This document shows, piece after piece, positions 10,329 to 20,446 of a DNA stretch of 64,000 nucleotides. The notes under the pieces are model-generated. The model had not been told where the DNA came from, did no database searches, and worked only from the letters and a program-made list of their open reading frames with translations. Origin of the DNA: Synechococcales cyanobacterium VAR_4_metabat_354 (lineage in GTDB: Bacteria > Cyanobacteriota > Cyanobacteriia > Cyanobacteriales > Chamaesiphonaceae); NCBI GenBank assembly GCA_031414775.1, contig JANOQI010000059.1, positions 14,182 through 78,181 of the forward strand, read 5' to 3'. The translations under genes were made by a program, and so were the position numbers. Numbering within the stretch: the stretch's first letter is position 1; the number at the start of each line of letters is the position of its first letter.

Positions 10329-11783
10329 CTAATCAATATTGTTACCAATGACAGCCTGCAAAGTTTCCTGTCCTTTAGACTGAAATTCTTTGACATTGAC
10401 CCGACCCAACAGCCCAATGGCCACTAGCATCACACTAGCTTGCATGGTGAAAACTAAACCATAGGCTAAAACTAAGCTGGGTGAAGTCGCTAAGTTATCG
10501 CCACTGGCCACAAAAATTTTCTTGCCAATATCTAAACCCGCACCCCCCAAAATAGTTGCTAATCCTTTTGCTAGTGCTTGAGAGAGTCCCCAGGCTCCAA
10601 TAAAGGTGCCAGCCGTTTCTGGCAGTGTTAGATCCAACATCAGTGTCAAGGCTCCTGTGGTTACCATGCCCGAAAATAAGCCAAAAAGTACCAAGGCCAT
10701 TTTCAAGAAAATAATTTTGTGGGTAAAACCGGCGACAATTACCCATAGCATCGAAGCTGCTACTAATGCGCAGCCCAGTTTGGTGCTGCGTTGTTTGCCG
10801 ATTTTGGGAATTAGGACAAAGCCGGTTAGTAATAGCCCGATGAGAGTGCCGATCCCAAAAAAAGCATTGAGTTTGGCGGTCTCCCCGATCGACATCCCAA
10901 AGACTTGGCCGCCATAGGTTTCCATCACTGGATCTTGCATGAATAATCCCAGGGTCATGCAAATTAAAAAGGTGAAAAATACTGTGGTTTGGCGATTGTT
11001 GTTGAGAACTTGCCAAGCTTGCCGTAACCCCACCGGAGATTCCCCTAGGAACTGGGCACGGCGTTGGCTAAAGCGCGAATATTTTTTCTCTACTTGCCAG
11101 GTGGCTATTAAGGCCAAGACGCAGACAGCTGGCGGCACAATCATAAATAGTTGATTGATCTGGGTTTGAACTAGTTCGATCGATGCTCCCGCTTTTAACT
11201 TTTCGAGAATTTTACTGATGGTAATGGCGCCGATGATTACACCACCTAGCAACATTGACCAATCGATCGATACAATTTTTGATCGATCGTCTTCATCGGT
11301 AATATCAACCAGTAATGTGGCAAAGGGCGTGGAACTGGCACTGACTGCCAAGCCGTAAATCGCAAACAAAATGGCCAGCAACACTGTCCAGCCATAGGTT
11401 GCTGCTGACCAACTGCTGGTAGCGAGGCTATCACCCAGTCGCCACATCACCTGGACGGCCACCATCGAAGTTAGCGCCAAGCAAGCTGCTCCCAGCCAGA
11501 TGTAACCAGTGCGGTGATAACCAAACAACGGGTGGCTGTCTGATCTTTGGCCAAACCACACCCGGGCGGGGGCAACAAAAAACGTTAAAGCGAGCATCAG
11601 GGTGGCAATTACTGCTGGTACCTTTAACTCTTGAATGAGAACTCGATTCAGTACGCCCAAGGTCATGACCGACATGGTACCCAAGGCAATCTGAAATAGC
11701 CCCAGTCGCATCATGGTGAAGATCGATACTTTGGGTAGATAATCGGCCGGTAGTCGATCAGTTGCTAAGTTGCCGCTAGCCAT
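10329..11783 (-). CDS. PucC/BCD-family MFS protein
   Basis: RLGLFQIALGTMSVMTLGVLNRVLIQEL, GQRSD..GYHRTGYI, GTFIGAWGLSQA. Confidence 0.9.
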   Translation of the reverse strand: MASGNLATDRLPADYLPKVSIFTMMRLGLFQIALGTMSVMTLGVLNRVLIQELKVPAVIATLMLALTFFVAPARVWFGQRSDSHPLFGYHRTGYIWLGAACLALTSMVAVQVMWRLGDSLATSSWSAATYGWTVLLAILFAIYGLAVSASSTPFATLLVDITDEDDRSKIVSIDWSMLLGGVIIGAITISKILEKLKAGASIELVQTQINQLFMIVPPAVCVLALIATWQVEKKYSRFSQRRAQFLGESPVGLRQAWQVLNNNRQTTVFFTFLICMTLGLFMQDPVMETYGGQVFGMSIGETAKLNAFFGIGTLIGLLLTGFVLIPKIGKQRSTKLGCALVAASMLWVIVAGFTHKIIFLKMALVLFGLFSGMVTTGALTLMLDLTLPETAGTFIGAWGLSQALAKGLATILGGAGLDIGKKIFVASGDNLATSPSLVLAYGLVFTMQASVMLVAIGLLGRVNVKEFQSKGQETLQAVIGNNID

Positions 11784-11846
11784 TTTATAAAGTTATTTAA
11801 AGTTGAAAGGGATTTTCCGAGCTAGCTACTCAGTATAGGCAACTAA

Positions 11847-12749
11847 TTAGGAATTGAGGATCTGTGCTCCTTGGAGATCGATCGAGAGGGCTTGCACTTG
11901 CGGCTGAACTCCTAAATTTGTCCAGGCGGTGGTCATGGCGGCAGCCACGGCTGCTGACCTGTCGGGTGTAGACAAAGCCAGTAGCGTGGGGCCAGCGCCG
12001 CTAATTACTAAGCCGTGGGCACCAGCACTGGTGGCAGCCTGCTCGACCTCGGCATAACCCTTAATCAAAGTCTGGCGATAGGGCTGATGAATGCGATCGG
12101 CTAAACCGGTGGCCAGCCAGTCAGCGTTGCCGGTTTCTAAGCCACGTAGCATCATCCCCAGGTGGGCAATATTAAAAACTGCATCAGCGCGACTGTAGCT
12201 GCTGGGCAATACCTGACGAGCTTCAGCAGTCGAAAGTTCAAAGTTGGGAATGGCGATCACTGGAATTACATCGGAATGCCAATCAATATCGCAGATTTCC
12301 CAGGCTGATCCCCGAGTAGCCGCCAACCGACAACCACCGATGAGGGCTGGTACCACATTATCGGGGTGGCCTTCCATTTCGATCGCTAGCTGCATGACCA
12401 TGCCTAGACTACAGGGTGAACCCACCAAAGCATTCGCCCCCAGCAGTCCGCCGACGATGGCAGTGGCCGAGCTACCTAAGCCTCGGGCTAGCGGTACTCC
12501 CAACTCCAGTTCGATTTTAACCGGGGGGACGGGTTTTTGGAGATGTTCAAAAAGTTGGGCAAAGGCTTGATAGGCCAAATTAGAGCTGCCTAAGTCCACT
12601 CGATCAGACTCGGCTCCAGTGGCTTCGATCGTCAGTGTGTCAGCCGGACTAAACTTAAATTGGTTATAAAGACTGAGAGCAGCTCCGATACAGTCAAAAC
12701 CAGCCCCCAAATTAGCAGTGGTGGCTGGTACCCGCACAATAACAGACAT
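11847..12749 (-). CDS. thrB: Homoserine kinase
   Basis: [37 protein letters not shown]. Confidence 0.97.
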   Translation of the reverse strand: MSVIVRVPATTANLGAGFDCIGAALSLYNQFKFSPADTLTIEATGAESDRVDLGSSNLAYQAFAQLFEHLQKPVPPVKIELELGVPLARGLGSSATAIVGGLLGANALVGSPCSLGMVMQLAIEMEGHPDNVVPALIGGCRLAATRGSAWEICDIDWHSDVIPVIAIPNFELSTAEARQVLPSSYSRADAVFNIAHLGMMLRGLETGNADWLATGLADRIHQPYRQTLIKGYAEVEQAATSAGAHGLVISGAGPTLLALSTPDRSAAVAAAMTTAWTNLGVQPQVQALSIDLQGAQILNS

Positions 12750-12768
12750 AGGATTTCACATCTAAAAA

Positions 12769-13659
12769 TTAATCACCGGGTGACTTCTTGTGATGAAGTC
12801 TAATCCCCAGAAAAATATCATAGATGAAATGCATCATATCTTTGCCTTTCAGTAAGCCCAAAGATTGATGACAGCCTTTCTCGTCTAGCAGTGGCTGGGC
12901 GTAATAGTAAGCTGCTTGATACTTGTACCAAGGAATAGATGGCCAGAGGTGATGAATCAGGTGGTAATTTTGACCGAAAATCAAAATATTAGTAATCGGA
13001 CTGGGATACACCCGGGCATTTTTCCAGCGACTGCGTTCCTCAAAAGGACGATGGGGCAGATAATCAAAAAATAGACCGAGGGCAATGCCTACTACTAAAG
13101 CTGGTGAAAACCAGTAATTCAAAATATAGCCAATAAAACCATACTGACAGGCGAGGGCAATAATTACAGCGACGACTAATCGGCTTAGAAACCATTCCAA
13201 TAGCTCATTTTTTTTCCAAAGGCGGCGTTGAAAAAAGTAGATCTCGTGATAAAAAAAGCGAGCTGCAATCATCCACAACGGCCCACCAGTAGAGACGTAA
13301 TGGTCAGGATCATTCTCCGGATCGTTGACGTTAGCGTGATGCTGAATGTGCACGCGGGTGAAGACGGGGAAAGCAAAACCCAACATTAGGGCACTGCCGT
13401 GTCCCATGATCGAGTTCATGATTTTGTCTGGATGCGCGGCATTGTGCGAGGCATCATGGATCACTGTACCAGCCATGTGTAAGGCTAAAACGTTTAAGAA
13501 AAAACAGATCCAACCCGGAAAAGCCAGTTGCCAATAGCCGACAGTGGACAAGATGACTAGTCCGATCGCTGCAAAAAACATCAATACATTGATATTAAAA
13601 CTATCTGGTGGCCCCACGAATTCCTTGGGTATGGTTAGCCGCTGTGTGGCCTCCGACAT
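12769..13659 (-). CDS. crtR: Beta-carotene hydroxylase
   Basis: His boxes HDASH, HIQHH, HLIHH; cyanobacterial CrtR-type sequence. Confidence 0.93.
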   Translation of the reverse strand: MSEATQRLTIPKEFVGPPDSFNINVLMFFAAIGLVILSTVGYWQLAFPGWICFFLNVLALHMAGTVIHDASHNAAHPDKIMNSIMGHGSALMLGFAFPVFTRVHIQHHANVNDPENDPDHYVSTGGPLWMIAARFFYHEIYFFQRRLWKKNELLEWFLSRLVVAVIIALACQYGFIGYILNYWFSPALVVGIALGLFFDYLPHRPFEERSRWKNARVYPSPITNILIFGQNYHLIHHLWPSIPWYKYQAAYYYAQPLLDEKGCHQSLGLLKGKDMMHFIYDIFLGIRLHHKKSPGD

Positions 13660-13927
13660 CCGGTGTTATCCCCTATATGAATTTTTAATAAATCTATATC
13701 TTTTTTTCGAGTATACGCGAAATGAGCAGGTTTACAAAGGTTTGTTAAGCTGTCTTTGCTCTGAATCTCTGAATTAATATAAGCCCAATATGTATTGCGA
13801 AAACCAAAAAATAGTGCTACAAGTCAGCTTCTAATCTTCTGGAAACTTTTTGGCTAAATGTCCAGTCCTTAGTGTCTAGGCCATTAATTCTAAGTTTTCC
13901 CATTAGCCATTTGGCTTAACCAAAATC

Positions 13928-14659
13928 ATGAGAAATTTGTCAGTAGCATTTTTTAGTCTGACGCTCACACTAATAGTGGGGACAAATGCAGCTTGGAGTG
14001 AGTCCAGAATTGAAAGAGACAATCACACTGGTAGCTCTCCCTCCTCGTCACCCTATCCCTCTTCCGATCGAACATCTGCGGCAATCGCTAATGGCAATTC
14101 TCGGTTTGCCTGCGAGACTATAAATGGCGAGCAAACCGTAGTCTATCGTCCCCAGTCGAGAGCCGGTGAAGCTTATTCTTGGGCAATTCCTGGCAACATG
14201 GGTTCAGCCTGGAGTTCCACCCGCCGCTGTGGCGAGATTAGTAGAAGGTTAGAGTCCTATCGATCGGATGGTCTGGAAGAACTGAGAATTAGCGTTGAAA
14301 ACCGTTCGAATATCGTTTGTGTCACCACCGAAAGAAATCCTAATTGTCGGATTGTCTTTACGGTGCCCGGCGGTCAAGATCCAGTTGCTGTAAGGGATCG
14401 AGTTTTTCGGAATCTGACTTTGGCGGACAGTGGCCAACAGACCCAAGGCGTTAATACTTTTGCTGGCAATGACAATGGGCTAGATGGATTACTGGGTAAG
14501 CGACCAGCAGCACCGGCTAGCTATCGCTCACGCAGTAAGTCTCAAGGAATTAATTTGAAGCCATTCCTATCCCAAGAAGATGGGGGCACTGGCAACCAGA
14601 TTGGTAATCCAGTGGCCGTGCCCCAGCAGTATCGGTTAAACCCCGATCAATTTCGATAG
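13928..14659 (+). CDS. COP23-domain secreted protein
   Basis: Signal peptide; RFAC..WAIP..WSSTRRCGEISRRLE..IVCV..C.IVFTVP. Confidence 0.8.
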   Translation: MRNLSVAFFSLTLTLIVGTNAAWSESRIERDNHTGSSPSSSPYPSSDRTSAAIANGNSRFACETINGEQTVVYRPQSRAGEAYSWAIPGNMGSAWSSTRRCGEISRRLESYRSDGLEELRISVENRSNIVCVTTERNPNCRIVFTVPGGQDPVAVRDRVFRNLTLADSGQQTQGVNTFAGNDNGLDGLLGKRPAAPASYRSRSKSQGINLKPFLSQEDGGTGNQIGNPVAVPQQYRLNPDQFR

Positions 14660-14661
14660 AT

Positions 14662-14680
14662 TCATGAATTAAATTCATGA
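14662..14680. terminator. Hairpin just outside the left att; probably the original tRNA-Lys downstream terminator, possibly bidirectional
   Basis: TCATGAAT / ATTCATGA inverted repeat between the COP23 stop codon and the att copy. Confidence 0.45.
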
Positions 14681-14683
14681 GAG

Positions 14684-14732
14684 TGGGTAAGCAGGGACTC
14701 GAACCCTGAACCAATTGATTAAGAGTCAACTG
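14684..14732. repeat. att core, duplicated 3' portion of tRNA-Lys
   Basis: 49-bp TGGGTAAGCAGGGACTCGAACCCTGAACCAATTGATTAAGAGTCAACTG, identical to 30764-30812. Confidence 0.97.
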
Positions 14733-15017
14733 GTTAAAACGTCCAGGCGTGATACTGTGCCATGATTTGGAAAAATAAGGATAGGCGATAAGTGGGATTT
14801 ATCAAACTTAAAGCATCGTTTTAGCGGGAAAAATATATATATAGAGGAAGGTTACTGAAAACGCTCCCTTTTCGCTTTTTGCTCCCTAAAAGTGCTGGAA
14901 GCTTTATCCAGTAACGAAAAAAAAGCTAGGGCGTTACTCCCTAACCTAAAATTAGTTTCCCCTGGCTCCCTGAATCACATGCCGAGGAAAAAATCCAGTT
15001 AAATTTGTTGATCAGTT

Positions 15018-16151
15018 TTAGCCCGGTTTCACGCTGCTAATTCGATCGATGTCTAAATACTTGCGCTCGATCATCTGGATCGAGTTGTCTACCCACTTAG
15101 CAATAATGGCGGCGGGTTTGCCCAGGGCGATTTCATTAGTGATAAAAGTGTCACGGCAAGAATAAGGCGTGGTGCTACGTTTGGCGATCGGAAGCACCAG
15201 GCGCGCCCACGGTTTATGGGCTAGGTGTTCATAGTCGATGTAGCCACCAGCTGGCGGCTGGAAAACTAAATCATCGGCGGCGCTGGCTTTCAGCTCGGTC
15301 AGCAGGGCCACAAGTGGACCACCACAAGGAAACAGGCGCGATCGATTGGTCTTGGAGAGTTGATTGATTTCATATTTGGCTTGCACCTTGACCACGGACC
15401 GATCAAACCGGATGGTACTAAAATCGGGGGCGATCTGCGGCCAGGTTAAGCCCACCGCTTCGGACGGGCGGCAACCAGTCAAAAATAGGAAATGCACAAA
15501 AGGAGCGTAATAACTCCACCGATCGCAGTGAGTAAAAGTGTGTAGTATTTGGGTGACTTCTGTTGCAGAGAAAGCGTTAGCCGGTGGCGGTGGCTGTTTT
15601 TTGCCCTGTAAATCAGCCCCCATCCGTTCATAGGGGTTGCGCTGCTCTGGGATGAGTCGGCACCGGATCGCCCAAGTTAGGACGGTTTGCAGGGTTTTGA
15701 GTACCCGCACAGCAATATCACGGGTAGTGTTGGTTAATAACCATTCCCGAATAGCTAAGGGCTGCTCCCATTCTTGGGGCATTTTGGCCACATAGATCCC
15801 TAGCCGCCGATAGTAGTCGATCGTCTTAATTTTCCAGCTGGGGTGTTTATACTGACAGTACTTTTCCCACAATTCTGAAATGGTGATTTTGACCGGTGCC
15901 GGTGCCGCCATGGAAACCGACTGGGGTTTATATCTGGCCAGAGAGCGATCGAACTGCCCTAGGGCATAATCTGAGTTAATTTGATTGGCAATATTGGCCG
16001 CAAAAGCCATGTTAGCCGCGCTTTCGGGTAAGCCCAGCGAGATATTTTTAAGTTTTCCTTCGTACCAATTGCGGGGCAAACGGATTAGAACCCGGCCACG
16101 ACAGGATCGAGCCTCAGCAATTCCCGCATTTCGACGCACTAGATCCCCCAA
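15018..16151 (-). CDS. Tyrosine recombinase/integrase with N-terminal arm-binding-like domain
   Basis: FLTGCRPSE (R), LSKTN (K), PYSCRDTFIT, WVDNS..ERKY (Y); adjacent to att; start codon uncertain. Confidence 0.93.
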   Translation of the reverse strand: MGDLVRRNAGIAEARSCRGRVLIRLPRNWYEGKLKNISLGLPESAANMAFAANIANQINSDYALGQFDRSLARYKPQSVSMAAPAPVKITISELWEKYCQYKHPSWKIKTIDYYRRLGIYVAKMPQEWEQPLAIREWLLTNTTRDIAVRVLKTLQTVLTWAIRCRLIPEQRNPYERMGADLQGKKQPPPPANAFSATEVTQILHTFTHCDRWSYYAPFVHFLFLTGCRPSEAVGLTWPQIAPDFSTIRFDRSVVKVQAKYEINQLSKTNRSRLFPCGGPLVALLTELKASAADDLVFQPPAGGYIDYEHLAHKPWARLVLPIAKRSTTPYSCRDTFITNEIALGKPAAIIAKWVDNSIQMIERKYLDIDRISSVKPG

Positions 16152-18553
16152 AGTGGTTCATGTCTAGCATTTTGGCCATGTAATTTGGCTAGGTTTTCGG
16201 CGGTGGCATTAGATAGGGATATTCGCGACAGGGGCAAGCCTTCTTTGACCCTAATAATGTCGAAACCAGCGCTCTCTAAGAAACTTTCCCACAGGGGCAC
16301 TAATTCCGGTACGGTATAAACTCTCAATACTGGTAGCTTTCCAGCTTCTTCGCGCAATTCAAAGCGGGGCTGATTGCGGTCCTTCACATTGGGAGTTGAA
16401 ATCACTGGGTTGTCGGTATCAGTCGATCGCTGAATGCCCAGATTAGCCAAAATACTTTCATCATTCAGCACTGGAATGACCCACCACTTAAAGCCCATCG
16501 TCTTAGTAGTTTGCCAGCAGCCCAAATATTCCAGCTTTTTGCTGAATTCCCGCTGCTGCATATGATGCCGCCCACTTTCCTTACACCAGTCGAAATAAGA
16601 CTTGTAGAGGTCTGAGGGCTTGATTTTGGCCTCGCCGTCGGGAAAGACTTCATATAAAAATGTGAAAACTGGGTTGTTAGCTTCAAAGCGCTCGGTACAA
16701 GCTTCAGCGACGGCTTTAACATTGGCGGCGTTTTTGATACGGGAAATCATTTCTGACTCGCCCATGCTCCAAATCCAGTTAAAGATCCCGGCTAGTTCTC
16801 CGTTGAGTTTTTCTTGCAGGTCTAAATCTTTAACCTTGGGCTGGTAGCCGAACCGCATGGCCACAATTCGCCGATCGAGAGCGCTGTTATTGCCGCCAGT
16901 AGTAGAAACAAAATCGTTGTAGGCCCGAACAAAGAAGGTGTTTAGGCTGGTAAAAATCATGTTTTGGTAAAGCAGTTTTAGCCCAACTGGCTCATTACTG
17001 ATCAACTTTCCGAATAATCCAACGTTGGATAAGTGCCCAGAATCATCAGACGAGATGGAACAGGGCTTATCTTTGAGCTGAGATAAATAATTGGGATTCG
17101 TTAAATTTTCGGTCTCAAAAGTCCCGGCGTTATCTCTGCCCAGCAAATTCCGCAGGGTTTCGAGTACCGTTCCTTTACCCGTGCCCGGTTTGCCGTATAA
17201 ATCCCAGCAAATCTCAAGTTTCAATTTCCCCTCAGATTTGGGAGTCATTGCCCATTTAAAGAAGGCCCGCACCAGTTGGACGGCTTGATCGTCATCTCCG
17301 AGCGCCTGGGCAATAAATCTATCCCAGATCGGACATTTGGCCCCTGGCTGATAATCGTAGGACAGGACGCGGGTATTGTAATCGGCGGGGCTGAAGTCTC
17401 GGAACTCTTTGCTGATGCCTTCTAAAACGCCATTTTGGAAAGGAATCAGGTTCGATCGATTCCACACATCATCCTCAATCAACAGCTCGGCTTTCATATG
17501 GCGGGTCAGGCCGTTTAAAAATGCCATATTTTGATTTTTCCAGCCGTTAGCATCACCCAGCTTAATCAAGTCTTTATCTAAATACGTGGTTTGGCCATCA
17601 TCTCGACTCGCCCATTTTTTGCCGTCCCACTTGTACCAGCCGTAACTTGGACGATATGCCCAGCGGCCAGTCATGGCGGCTTGCGCCATCACTGCTTTAG
17701 ATTTAAGGTCATTATCTTTTGGTAAGTTCAAAATGCTGCCGTCTCCCTTTGTTTTTGACCAGCGTAGAGCCGCCCATGCTTTGCTGATGATGTTATCGAT
17801 CGCCTGTTTGCCGTGTCTAAATATCAGGTCGTCAGCGCCGTTTTTTTCCCCGGTGATTTCAGCGGGGAGTAGACAGATTAACGGCTCGCACTCTTTTTCT
17901 AGCAGCCATTCAGCCAAACTTTTGGCCGCTTGCTGCACCATAAAATTGTGGGTCAGGTCGGAGTCGAAGCAAATGATATATTTTCGGCTGCCCAGGAGTT
18001 CGATGATTTCGGTGAGTTCGGGGACGGGTAGAGAGAGCGGCAATTCTTCGGGTGTTAGCTCGGTGTCTTCCACCATCGGAGCCGGTAAATCTGACGGGTC
18101 ATCGATGCGTGTTCGTTTGTCCCGCCAGGCGTAAACCCCGGCCAGTCCGATCGCTGGGTGGCCAGCAGCACAAAGCGCGGCGGCGGTCTTTTCACCTTCG
18201 GTAACAATGACAGGCTGCTTTTTCTTGGATCTGATAAATTTTGGCCAGTCGAAATTCTGGGGAAAATAAGGCCGATTGCCCACGCCTTTAGCGCTGAGGT
18301 ATTTGGGGTAGTCGGTTTCTTCGGGGTCGCCGATGGGTGTTGGTTTGAGGCGGTGGAAGTGGGAGCCGTCCAAGCCGATGTAGGGAACGCCGAACGGGTC
18401 GAAGTAGGGGATTAGCATCCCTTCTAGGCTGTAGCCGGTGAGGCGTTTGGCGGTGGGAGCGTTGCAACTGAAAATCTTGAGCGCTGAGATGTCATCATCT
18501 GTTAAGGCTGAGGCGCGCAATTCGACTAGATGAGCGGTAGAGATTTCATTCAT
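16139..18553 (-). CDS. Primase-helicase (DUF3854 TOPRIM-like + D5_N + SF3 helicase + wHTH; P4 alpha/D5-like)
   Basis: VIVTEGEK..AIGLAGVYAW, ICFDSD, KNGADD; IPFQNGVL; Walker A GKPGTGKGT; ALDRRI; C-terminal SDLYKSYFDWC wHTH. Confidence 0.92.
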   Translation of the reverse strand: MNEISTAHLVELRASALTDDDISALKIFSCNAPTAKRLTGYSLEGMLIPYFDPFGVPYIGLDGSHFHRLKPTPIGDPEETDYPKYLSAKGVGNRPYFPQNFDWPKFIRSKKKQPVIVTEGEKTAAALCAAGHPAIGLAGVYAWRDKRTRIDDPSDLPAPMVEDTELTPEELPLSLPVPELTEIIELLGSRKYIICFDSDLTHNFMVQQAAKSLAEWLLEKECEPLICLLPAEITGEKNGADDLIFRHGKQAIDNIISKAWAALRWSKTKGDGSILNLPKDNDLKSKAVMAQAAMTGRWAYRPSYGWYKWDGKKWASRDDGQTTYLDKDLIKLGDANGWKNQNMAFLNGLTRHMKAELLIEDDVWNRSNLIPFQNGVLEGISKEFRDFSPADYNTRVLSYDYQPGAKCPIWDRFIAQALGDDDQAVQLVRAFFKWAMTPKSEGKLKLEICWDLYGKPGTGKGTVLETLRNLLGRDNAGTFETENLTNPNYLSQLKDKPCSISSDDSGHLSNVGLFGKLISNEPVGLKLLYQNMIFTSLNTFFVRAYNDFVSTTGGNNSALDRRIVAMRFGYQPKVKDLDLQEKLNGELAGIFNWIWSMGESEMISRIKNAANVKAVAEACTERFEANNPVFTFLYEVFPDGEAKIKPSDLYKSYFDWCKESGRHHMQQREFSKKLEYLGCWQTTKTMGFKWWVIPVLNDESILANLGIQRSTDTDNPVISTPNVKDRNQPRFELREEAGKLPVLRVYTVPELVPLWESFLESAGFDIIRVKEGLPLSRISLSNATAENLAKLHGQNARHEPLWGI

Positions 18554-18672
18554 GTTTCATGACAACTCGTTAACTTGAAATTGAGCGTTTTGGCCAATTT
18601 CGTAAGGTGGGTTTTCGAGCTACCGTAATGATGATTAGTGTTGGAGAACTCTGATCTTTGGTTCTGTTTCAT
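18550..18672 (-). CDS. Possible 40-aa leader ORF coupled to the primase gene
   Basis: ATG at 18672, open to a TGA that overlaps the primase ATG (ATGA); not in the ORF track. Confidence 0.35.
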   Translation of the reverse strand: MKQNQRSEFSNTNHHYGSSKTHLTKLAKTLNFKLTSCHET

Positions 18673-18714
18673 TACGGTAGATTTTCATTACGGTAGCTCG
18701 AACGGTAGCTCGAA
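18614..18714. repeat. 18-bp inverted repeat plus partial copies
   Basis: TTCGAGCTACCGTAATGA (18614-18631) pairs with 18685-18702; partial copies at 18669-18680 and 18702-18714. Confidence 0.9.
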
Positions 18715-18726
18715 TTTGAAATGAGG

Positions 18727-18954
18727 CTAGGCGCTGTATTCAAGGGGTGATTCTTGATAGCAGCGCCGGTTCTCGTTGAATTCGATCGAGCATCGAATGT
18801 GAGCCAGCAGCAAGAGCATGTTTTGTTCTTGCCTACGAAGTTTTCTTAGTCGCCATTCAGCAAATTGATGAAAAAATGCCGCCTGTTGGATCTTGGGTAA
18901 TTTCAGTAGATCTTGGGCGGTGATTTTTTGGATGTAAAGGTATTCAGTGAGCAT
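18727..18954 (-). CDS. Hypothetical protein, first gene of the replication operon
   Basis: 75-aa ORF divergent from the XRE gene and co-oriented with primase and integrase. Confidence 0.55.
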   Translation of the reverse strand: MLTEYLYIQKITAQDLLKLPKIQQAAFFHQFAEWRLRKLRRQEQNMLLLLAHIRCSIEFNENRRCYQESPLEYSA

Positions 18955-19169
18955 GATTCTAATGGGGATGCTTTGATTTTTTCAACAGCACCAGTTTCCA
19001 GGCTGTCATTACTGACAGCCGTTGTTTTCTGATGAGATAGCCAGCTAACCCGCTTGGCCTCAAAATTAAATTATCAAGGTTAATTCGGAGGCTAGGCACT
19101 GGTTAATATGCATATCTATGTATACAATAAACATTAGTATGTATATTGGTCAAGTGTTTTCAAATACAC

Positions 19170-19460
19170 ATGGCTAAGGAGAAAAGAAAGGTGACTTTAA
19201 AGGTACTTCGGGCAATTAATGGGAAAACGCAATCAGATATATCTGACGCACTCAAAAAAATGGGTCGGAACATTGAGCAATCACATGTATCTCTTTGGGA
19301 AAGAGGGGTACAAACGCCAACTATTGAAGTGGCGATGGATCTAGCGATTGCTTATGATGTTGCACTTCTTGAGCTAATTGAGGCTCTAGGTTTTGATGTG
19401 AGCGTAACCAGGGAAATAGAATGGATTCAAAAAAACAGTAATAAAGTGGTACAAATGTAA
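19170..19460 (+). CDS. XRE/Cro-CI-family HTH repressor
   Basis: LKVLRAINGKTQSDIS..QSHVSLWERGVQTPTIE; likely ATG at 19170. Confidence 0.9.
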   Translation: MAKEKRKVTLKVLRAINGKTQSDISDALKKMGRNIEQSHVSLWERGVQTPTIEVAMDLAIAYDVALLELIEALGFDVSVTREIEWIQKNSNKVVQM

Positions 19461-19588
19461 GCTGAAATACCGAGTAAAAACACGGAAACAAAACATCATG
19501 AATAAAAAATAGCCAGTGCTTCCACCCTTTTAAATTAATGGAAGTACCGGCTATCACTGAAGGGTAAAACCATCAATGGACAATCAGA

Positions 19589-19990
19589 ATGCCAGAAACA
19601 GATAGCGATATAGGTTTAGGTATTTCCACATTTAAATATATTGTTTCCAAAGTCGAAGATTTTGCCACAATGCTAGATACGAGTGTTTTTATTTCCGCAT
19701 CATTAACCGATGGCTCTCATGACTTCAGAGGCTTTAAGCTCTCAGTTCCATTAAGAAATGGCTATGCAAGCATTGAGCTGAGTAGAAGTCCAAGCAAAAT
19801 AACTTACTATGACAGCTCCAACACATCATTAGTAGAGGCAAAATTTCAGCACACACTTAATCTAAACCCAGATAATGTTAACCGTAATTTTGATGCAGCC
19901 TTCAGGGAAATTATTGCAGCTGATAAACAAAATATAGCGGTTCCGCCTCGAATGGAGTACATGCAAATTCTTGGCTGGACTGACTCGTAG
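19589..19990 (+). CDS. Hypothetical protein (element cargo)
   Basis: 133-aa ORF, no motif recognised. Confidence 0.6.
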   Translation: MPETDSDIGLGISTFKYIVSKVEDFATMLDTSVFISASLTDGSHDFRGFKLSVPLRNGYASIELSRSPSKITYYDSSNTSLVEAKFQHTLNLNPDNVNRNFDAAFREIIAADKQNIAVPPRMEYMQILGWTDS

Positions 19991-20013
19991 CTGCTAAAAA
20001 CATTGAATACTCG

Positions 20014-20382
20014 CTACTCTTGACCTTCCAATCCACTAATTCTGGTTCGATCGGCCTGATTATCTCTAATAATAATTTCCACCATTTGCTCTAACCTATC
20101 GATATTTCTGGTAGTTTCAGCAGACATCCGCAACGCGATCGCCGCCGTCTCTTGAGATTGTGAAGCTGTCTCCTGAGACTTAGCCGCCATCTGTTGAGTA
20201 ACAGCTACCATCTGTTGAGCAATAGCCGCCATCTCCATGGCATCCGCCATCATCTGAGCATTAGAACCGATATTTTCTCGCTGACTCTCAATCGCCCTTA
20301 ACTGGACTTCTGCGGTAGTCTGCAAACTGGCTATTGCTTCAGCATTCCTAGCAACCAAGGCTTGTAATTCTTCAGTAGTCAT
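20014..20382 (-). CDS. Coiled-coil hypothetical protein
   Basis: Heptad-like A/Q/M-rich repeats (AIAQQMVAVTQQMAAKSQETASQSQETA). Confidence 0.7.
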   Translation of the reverse strand: MTTEELQALVARNAEAIASLQTTAEVQLRAIESQRENIGSNAQMMADAMEMAAIAQQMVAVTQQMAAKSQETASQSQETAAIALRMSAETTRNIDRLEQMVEIIIRDNQADRTRISGLEGQE

Positions 20383-20446
20383 AGTGTTATCTTGTGATTA
20401 GTAATTGTTTGCTTCTTTCGCGCTGTTGTAAGCAGTCGATCGATCG

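Noticed and set aside
14684..14732. Second tRNA-Lys gene
   Set aside because: Only the 3' 49 nt are present; the D-arm and 5' acceptor strand are missing
18614..18714. Repeats considered as a mini CRISPR array
   Set aside because: Copies are inverted or overlapping, with no regular spacers and no cas genes
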